A stretch of DNA of 64,000 nt from assembly GCF_052425735.1 (NCBI RefSeq), contig NC_135764.1, positions 6,820,001 through 6,884,000 on the forward strand, in the 5' to 3' direction. The notes beneath the pieces were generated by a model. The model had not been told where the DNA came from. It saw only the letters and a list, made by a program, of their open reading frames with translations, and made no database searches. This DNA comes from Oculina patagonica (Eukaryota). Made by a program: the position numbers and the translations under genes. Shown piece by piece: positions 56,740 through 64,000 of this stretch. Position 1 is the first letter of the stretch, and every line of letters starts with the position of its first letter.

Positions 56740-57430
56740 AGAATTTGGCATGAAGGTACTGCTCTTTAGCTTTGTTTTGAGTGGTCACATGTGAAACTTT
56801 TAAGTTAAAATCACATTGTGCAGCAAAATTAACAACTACAAACAGTAATACATAGGACTGAGTACTGCTCTATAGCTTTCATTTGAATGGTATTACACTA
56901 AGATTTGATTCAAAAAGTGTAAACACCTAATAATAAACATGTCCACGGAAAGTACTGCTCAGTAGCTTTTACGTAGCTTTTATTTGAGTGGTCTCACACT
57001 CGGGGCTTCCTGATCTACTAATTTAACCCCCGTACAGCATAATTAGCAGCAGCACATTGGAGTACTATTCGAAAGCTTTCTATTGAATGGTCACACACTA
57101 AGATTTTTTTCCAAAGAGCTTAATAATAAAAGCCTTTGGCAGAATAAAAAACACAGCACCACATGAAAGTCCCACTCGATAACTTTCATTTGAAATAACA
57201 CACACTGGGGTTCAATGACAAAGACTAAGAGTTAGGAAAAAATTGACCTTGTACAAGCAAAATATAATAAACGGCAATACCAAATGGGTGTTGAACAAGC
57301 ATTCATTTAAATGGGTACATACCAAAGTTTGATCCACCGATTTCTAAACAGTTGTAAAACCACCTTGTACAGCACGAAGTGAACATTACCACATGAAAGT
57401 ACTGCTCGGTGCCTTTTATTTACATGGTAT
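56740..57430. repeat. Degenerate ~90-110-bp tandem repeat (AAGTACTGCTC..TAGCTTTCATTTGAATGGTCACACACT)
   Basis: About 7 units; a further unit lies near 58355-58410. Confidence 0.8.
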
Positions 57431-57795
57431 GCGATTTGGGGAGCAAAAGATCAACTTTAGATCGTCTGAATCTAAAGAGTATTGGCACCAAATTTACAAG
57501 CTTAGTTACAATAATTGACTTGAGAGTTAATAGTTCATAACAAGATATATGAAAGGATTATACACCTAGCGAAATCCTAATTTCAACAAATGAAACCACT
57601 GAAAATCGTTATGTAATTTAGCGAATAGACCACCCTAACGGAAAAGCATGCCTTTAGCCACCTCTAGCGGCCAAACAATTACAACGATACATTGCAAGAT
57701 CTAATGCTTTTAAAAGGACAAACTGTTGCCTAAGAAAGAAAACTAGACTTCCATTTAAACCTCTAGTAGAAATACCCGTTAGTTTATACTGTATA

Positions 57796-58057
57796 CATGA
57801 CCTTAACTAGCAAATGGCAAGACGAGGCACTTGCCGCCTCGTCTTGTTTTTACCCCAAAATTAAAAAGAAAATATGTTTTCTGGGAAAATAAATCCCAGT
57901 TGAACAAGACTGATTTTTTAAGAAAAACCTTATGAGAAATAATGAAGAAAGAGCTTTTTCAGAGCGTATGGTTCTCCAATTTTTCTGGAGGGCATACCCC
58001 CAGAACCTCCTAGCAAGATCTTGCCTCGTCTATGCCAAAGGTCTGGTTACGGCCTTG
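57796..58057 (-). mobile_element. hAT-like MITE, same family as 135-387
   Basis: Shared CTAGCAAGATCTTGCCTCGTCTATG..AAAGGTCTGGTTACGGCC; flanked by GTATA on both sides. Confidence 0.7.
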
Positions 58058-59878
58058 GTATACCGTTTTTACGATTTGCTCTGCGTCCGAATCTAAGAAG
58101 AGTTTGTCCCAAAACTTGCAAGCTTAGTCAGCCTAATGTTATTGACTTAAAATTTAATTCTGCGGTGATATAGGGAATTAAACAGTTTGCTAAATCCCAA
58201 TTTCCACAAACGAAAAACACTTGAATACCGTAATGCAATTTTGGTAATAGACCACCCTGCAGAAAATCATGCCTTTAGCCAAAAAATTACATCGAACGTC
58301 TCAAGGTCAAACTTAAACTATAACAAACTATTTGACTGTAATAAACAATGCCACAGAAAAAGAACTACTCAGTCAAAAACTGTCATTTGAATGGTATCAC
58401 TATAGAATTTCACGTTATTTGTTTGAGTGAAAAAAAATCTTAAGATGTTTTGGTCGGTCCCAAAAATACACGACATAGTTACATTAATTGACTCGAGAGA
58501 AGATATGAAAAGACCACTTTAAAACCGTAAAGCAATTTTGTACCGAAAGGACCGCCCGGCAGAAATCGTGCCTTTAGCCACCTCTAGCCGCCAGATTTTC
58601 ACAACGACCTTGGACTTATTGTTAAAATACCCACATAATAACTCTTGCCGCGGTACACAACACCTTGGTATGAAAATCCCATCACTTGTTTTTGCCTGAG
58701 TGAGTTGACAAAACCTCAGAAAAAAAAAATGAAAAAAATAAATCTCATGTAATCTGGCTTTACGTAGGTTTCCCTTGCAAAACATCCGCATAGAGGTAGT
58801 AGGATTGTAGAGGATCAACAAGGGAACGGATACTTTTACGGATCTTTCATCTTGGCCGTTTTTCGTCTGGCAACGGGGCCCAGAGTTCATGCCACACCCT
58901 TATACCAGAGTATTCTTTGTCTCGAAATGTAAATTCTCCTAGCTTGTTTCAAAACATTTCTCTTAAAGTTGGTTGTGAGAATTTGGTAATGAACTGAAGA
59001 AAACATGCCCTAGTTGTTGAGTCTTGTATTAGCTTGGTAATACAGATATATATTGCAATGATTATAAGATACTGATCTGACACTTGGGATTTCAAGTTTT
59101 TTTATAATTTTTACTTAGGATACAGGACTTAGATTACAGAAGAGCTTAGCTGTATTGGTACTCAGACAACTCTTAACCAGTTTGATCTAATCAGCAGGAA
59201 ATGTGTCCTGTTACCAAGGTTATCTTCGATGCACAAGAGTCAGTTAAGTATGAAGGGGTTTGGGGTCAAAATTAAAACCCAGACTATATGAATAATATCC
59301 AAGTAATCATAACATAATTTGGGTTCTAAGTTGACCCTTAAACGCTTAATGACAGGGTGTCCTCTTCTCCAAAACAAATAAAGAGCCACTGATATGTTTG
59401 TCTATAGAGCAATAGATATCCTGATGCTAGAAGAAGCTTGAAGGTCGCGGGGGACACCTTAGGCTAATCATTATGCATTTATTTAAAGCGTATGCACGAA
59501 GTGCAACGACTGACACCGACAACTCTAACAAACTCTACGAGATATTCATGACTGGAAAAAAATATGGGTGCGTGCACGTGATTTTTTTTATAAATTCCTG
59601 TTTCTTTAACCAATATAAAACAACACTTGGGGTTATACGTTTATATAGGTTGTAGGAAGTCTATGAGCTAATTTTTATTCAAATTTGAATGTTTTTGCAA
59701 CTCAGAGTAATCACAATGATATTTTGCATAAATAATCGTGTCCTTCATAAGAACGCATTGTTGTCACCATAAAAGCATGGAATATAATTACCATAATAAC
59801 ATCTCTCCTTTGGAAACTGATCGTGTTTTGGTCGGGACACCTTCGGAAATCTCAAAGTTTAGACTTTTCCGACAATTT

Positions 59879-60285
59879 TGTGGCAGAGAATACAGCGCGG
59901 ATACAGACCTTCATGACTTGCCGAACCTCACTGATTACTCATGACCAGAAGACCTCATGACAGACCCATGACGTGCCGACCCACTTGATACTGCTCGCCT
60001 GTTTGACACATGTGATAAGGGTGGAAGACTACAACAGCAGAAGATTCACTAGGTTGTGGTCAGATCGAAGGAGAGGCAGCCCAGAAGACGCTGACCAAAA
60101 AAGTACACTATGTACATGCCACCGCCCTGCCGAACCTCAAGAGACTCACAATGTGAGGCGCCTCTTGTTCCTACAAGAGGAGCCCGCCTATGTGGCCTTA
60201 CTTTTTTTTGACCACTTTTTTTTTGAACCGGACTGGGACCTTTGGGGATAATAAAGTCTACTTCTTACTCTTCTTACTTGCCACT
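59879..60285 (+). mobile_element. Possible solo LTR
   Basis: TGTGGCA...TGCCAC inverted ends, AATAAA ~30 nt before the right end, and higher GC than the flanks. No TSD seen. Confidence 0.35.
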
Positions 60286-60966
60286 GCAGATAGGTATAAA
60301 ACTATGGATACTGTAGTGTGTCATAACAAAGGCGGAATTTTAAAAGAGCGCTTTTAGAAAGAGATAGAAGGCATTCAACTTGCTGGAAAACTTTAAATTA
60401 AAAAATCCGCTTCTGTTATGACACTCTAGAGGTATTGACTGATTAGTTTTTGACAAGATCACAGTGCGCTGTCTCCTACTCGTTCTGCAAACTCTGCCAC
60501 AAAATCATGTTCTTCCCAATTTGGCAGTAACGTAGCTATAACATAGCCGTTAGGTACAATCTACCAAATAAAAGATGACATACATAATCTTTTATCTATT
60601 CTTTATGTCTCTGTAAAATTTGAGCTTAATCGCACTCATAACAGCCGAGAAATAAACGTTTTAAAAGATGCAGGTCAAGCAAAATTTCGTTTCATGAATT
60701 TATTCATGCTGCATGTATCCCCCGCGAATATCGTTCTTATTCACCTTAATGCACTGTTAAAAATACGAATTCTCCTAAACGAATATTGGCCTGCTCAGTT
60801 TTGGTTCATGTGCTTTCCTTCAAATGAAATGTTTTTGAGTTGCATGAAAAACACAGCCAAATAACTGAGTTTGTGTTATGGAAGATTACTTGCTTGAACA
60901 GTCTGAAGAGCTTTATGACAACAAATTGGCTTATTAATCACTGTACTTTGTACCTATAGGTTAAAT

Positions 60967-61440
60967 ACCTTATTACATGAAATTTTCGCGACACGTTAAT
61001 TTCGCGATTTTGAGGTGCACATATTTCGCGACACTTAAATTTTGCGATTTTGCTAAAATTTTGTATTTTTAATCACTTTAATTTCGCGTTTTTGAGTGAG
61101 ACGCAATTTACATTTTCTTGGCAATATATTTTGATATGCCTTTGAATTATATAAAACGACTTCATCGAAGGAACAATAAAGTCAAAATTAACAAAAACGC
61201 AGGGGGGGGGGACTTAATCTCGGCAATAGCAACAACAGAGCAGTTCTCACAATGTCTACAAGTGAGTCAATTGACGACAACATTCATTTACATTGATTAC
61301 TGATATATGCGAGTCACTTAAACTTCGCGTCATGTTATGTTCGCGACACTTATTGTTCGCGTCACTTTATTTTCGTGATTTTTTTAGAATCGCGAAATTC
61401 ACGAAATTTAAGTGTCGCGAAAATTTCATGTAATAAGGTA
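60967..61440. mobile_element. TA-CCTTATT MITE
   Basis: TACCTTATTACATGAAATTTTCGCGACAC / GTGTCGCGAAAATTTCATGTAATAAGGTA perfect TIR. Confidence 0.85.
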
Positions 61441-61689
61441 GTAGATAAAATATGGGCGGGAGATCTGTATGGGCGTTTACAATGGCGAGCAGAAAGGCGA
61501 GCCAATGTAAATGGCCATACACATCGGATGCGAATATTTTATTCTACTTAAGAATGAAAACAATAACAGTGAATGCATAGTATTGTTGTGCGAATCAATA
61601 GAGATCTGTGTCAAACGTTAATGAATACGAATTACTGAGCAGGAGTTTGTATCAAAAGTTAGTTATATTGTTTGATTTGTATTTTAATA

Positions 61690-62050
61690 ATATAAGATAA
61701 TGCAGAAATATTATATTGTTACTCCTCACTTCAAATTCTTTTCAAATATTTTATCTTAGTGTTGGTTTATTTCAGTGCAATGTACTTTGTACCTATAGTT
61801 TGATATAATAATATAAAATAATGCTCAAATCATATATTGTCACTGCTCACTTTAATTTCTTTCCATAGATTTAATCTTTTTTAGATTATTGTGAGATTAT
61901 TTTAGTGCAATGTACTTTGTACCTTTACTTTAATATAATAATATAAAATAATGCAGGGATATTATATAATTCTTCTCATAGATTTTCAGGCTGCTCATTA
62001 TAAATTCTTTTCATATATTTTATCTTAGGTTAGTTTATTTTAGTGCAAAG
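61690..62050. repeat. AT-rich ~130-bp tandem repeat
   Basis: AGTGCAATGTACTTTGTACCT at ~61774 and ~61904, and a partial third unit at ~62042. Confidence 0.7.
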
Positions 62051-62325
62051 TGTTACAAATATAAATATCATTTTAATAGGGTTGATAGTGTTTAAATCAT
62101 TCGTAACTTGAATATGGCAATCACTACAGTGACTAACAACTTTCTGAGACAAACGGACATTTTTAATACCTCTAAAAACATATTTGAAAAGTCATTGTTG
62201 ACCTGACAATTGAATTTACTTCTTGGGGTAAAATTCCCTACAGGAGTAAAGAATTTGGTATAGAAATACATTTTTCTCATTGTTATTGTAAGATAACTGT
62301 GTGTGATTGTTTGTAGATTCGTTGG

Positions 62326-62452
62326 TATGTAGGTTACGTAATCATGCTAGTTTGTCAGTTAGAAGTTCTCATTCGCAGCATTTATGTAGGCTCATTTATG
62401 TAGGTTACGTAATCATGCTAGTTTGTCAGTTAGAAGTTCTCATTCGCGGCAT
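62326..62452. repeat. ~72-bp tandem duplication
   Basis: TATGTAGGTTACGTAATCATGCTAGTTTGTCAGTTAGAAGTTCTCATTCGC occurs twice. Confidence 0.85.
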
Positions 62453-62771
62453 CTGTGTTTTTGTTCACTGACTAATTCAGTCTCGGAAATTTACTTAAGT
62501 GTAAATTTTTGTGTTACTTTAGTGTCTGATACATACTAGGGTTGTTTATGTCTGATCTATAAACAAGATGCCACTTCCTATACGTCTGTTTTTATTACTT
62601 GTACTCAGAAAGAAATTATTCTGTTTTAGTAAATAATAATCTATATTGTATATATTTTAATTAATTTAGATTTTAGTTTTTAATTTCGGAAATAACTGTA
62701 AACTAGCCGTAAAGCTAAGATTTCACGCTAATAAATTCTATCTATCTATCTATCTAATAAAGATGTAATTT

Positions 62772-63407
62772 TTAGCTCGGTTGTTGAGCGCCCAACCGGT
62801 ATCTGGGAGGCTATGGGTTCGATTCCCGTCGGAGATCAGATTTTTCTTTGTCCCACGCTCGTGTCATGTAGAATAATATTCTTCACTATTTATCACCGAG
62901 CTTAAAATCTACCATCTTTATTATTTACTACAAATTTGATGATTTCTACATTGCTGATCCTAGCAGTATGCAGGACGCGTGTCACTTATCAACCTAGTAA
63001 ATGGCCTAGCTCACAGCGAGTCTCACCTAGCTCAGTTGGTTAGAGCGCCCAACCGGTATCTGGGAGGCCATGGGTTCGATTCCCGTCGGGGACTCAGACT
63101 TTTTCTTTGTCCCACGCTCGTGTCATGTAGAATAATATTCTTCACTATTTATCACCGAGCTTAAAATCTACCATCTTTATTATTTACTACAAATTTGATG
63201 ATTTCGACATTGCTGATCCTAGCAGTATGCAGGACGCGTGTCACTTATCAACCTAGTAAATGGCCTAGCTCACAGCGAGTCTCACGTAGCTCAGTTGGTT
63301 AGAGTGCCCAACCGGTATCTGGGAGGCCATGGGTTCGATTCCCGTCGGGGACTCAGATTTTTTCTTTGTCCCACGCTCGTGTCATGTAGAATAATATTCT
63401 TCATTAT
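62772..63407 (+). repeat. Tandem array (259-bp period, ~2.5 units) of tRNA-derived elements
   Basis: TAGCTCAGTTGGTTAGAG (A box) at 63028 and 63287, degenerate at 62773; B box GGTTCGATTCC in each unit. The units are nearly identical. Confidence 0.85.
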
Positions 63408-64000
63408 TCTGTTTTAGTTTAACTGCAGAGTGATTAGACAACAAATGACGAGTGACTGCGTTTTTAAGTGAAGTCTCCGTGGACGGTTGCTCACTAGAAT
63501 ATCGACAGACTATAGATATCAGTATAAAACATGTACATGTTTGTGGCGCAACATTAACAAGTATATTAACACAAGACGCAGACTAAAAGAGATAATCAAT
63601 TGTGAGGGCAGTTGAGAAGAAAAAACAATGATTCAAAAACAAATTCGAACTAAAATCGAGGTGACTCCATTTTGCTAGTCGTTTAAAATTTCTTTGTAAT
63701 TGTGCACCAGGTGCAAATGGCGCGAGGGTGGAGCGACCCGACGCGTCCGTCCATAATGGCGGGAAAAACAGATCTTTGAAGTTTCGTGTGTGGTCTGTGT
63801 GAGAAGTAAACCACAGTTGGCACAAAGCGTTTGCAAAATGTAACAGGACCTTTGAGTATGAAAACCAAAACATTCTGAGACAAGGAATTAGAAATAAAAC
63901 ATGCATAAACTCAGCCACAGGCCCGATCTAGGGGATAGAATAAACAAGGACACGCGTAACTAAACACCCCAATTATGTCTGAGAGTATTAGACTCATGCC

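Noticed and set aside
62050-62760. LINE 3' end with AATAAA and (TATC)n tail
   Set aside because: The tail is suggestive, but the upstream frames are broken and no RT motif can be supported.
63018-63096. Functional tRNA gene
   Set aside because: Extra bases between the closing stem and the D arm, a 9-nt anticodon loop and embedding in a 259-bp tandem repeat indicate a tRNA-derived element.

Overview
AT-rich eukaryotic DNA with spliceosomal GT-AG introns and dense MITE/SINE content; the repeat families and gene content suggest a cnidarian, probably a stony coral (inference). Genes reconstructed exon by exon: a TSPAN13/31-type tetraspanin (minus, 5 coding exons, 216 aa), head-to-head with SPOP (plus, 6 coding exons, 364 aa); a pair of divergently oriented, intronless, paralogous ORFs of 130 and 120 aa of unknown family; an FMO flavin monooxygenase (plus, 3 coding exons, 531 aa); and a ~689-aa secreted protein with architecture signal peptide-NtA-TSP1-TSPN/LamG-SG linker-TSP1-6xEGF (minus, 13 exons). 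The best candidate for an undescribed system is the paralog pair (24932-27689). Both proteins start with a myristoylation-type MGAxxTK and share a 46-aa C-terminal domain. The 2-kb spacer between them holds ~17 copies of a ~43-bp repeat carrying paired CRE/bZIP-type sites, a duplicated CCAAT/E-box/C/EBP module and a triplicated TATA box. Also notable: a GC-rich ~190-nt foldable element in a SPOP intron that overlaps a possible poison exon, an internally deleted Harbinger that links a common MITE family to its parent, a 146-bp-arm palindrome, and a tandem array of tRNA-like units.
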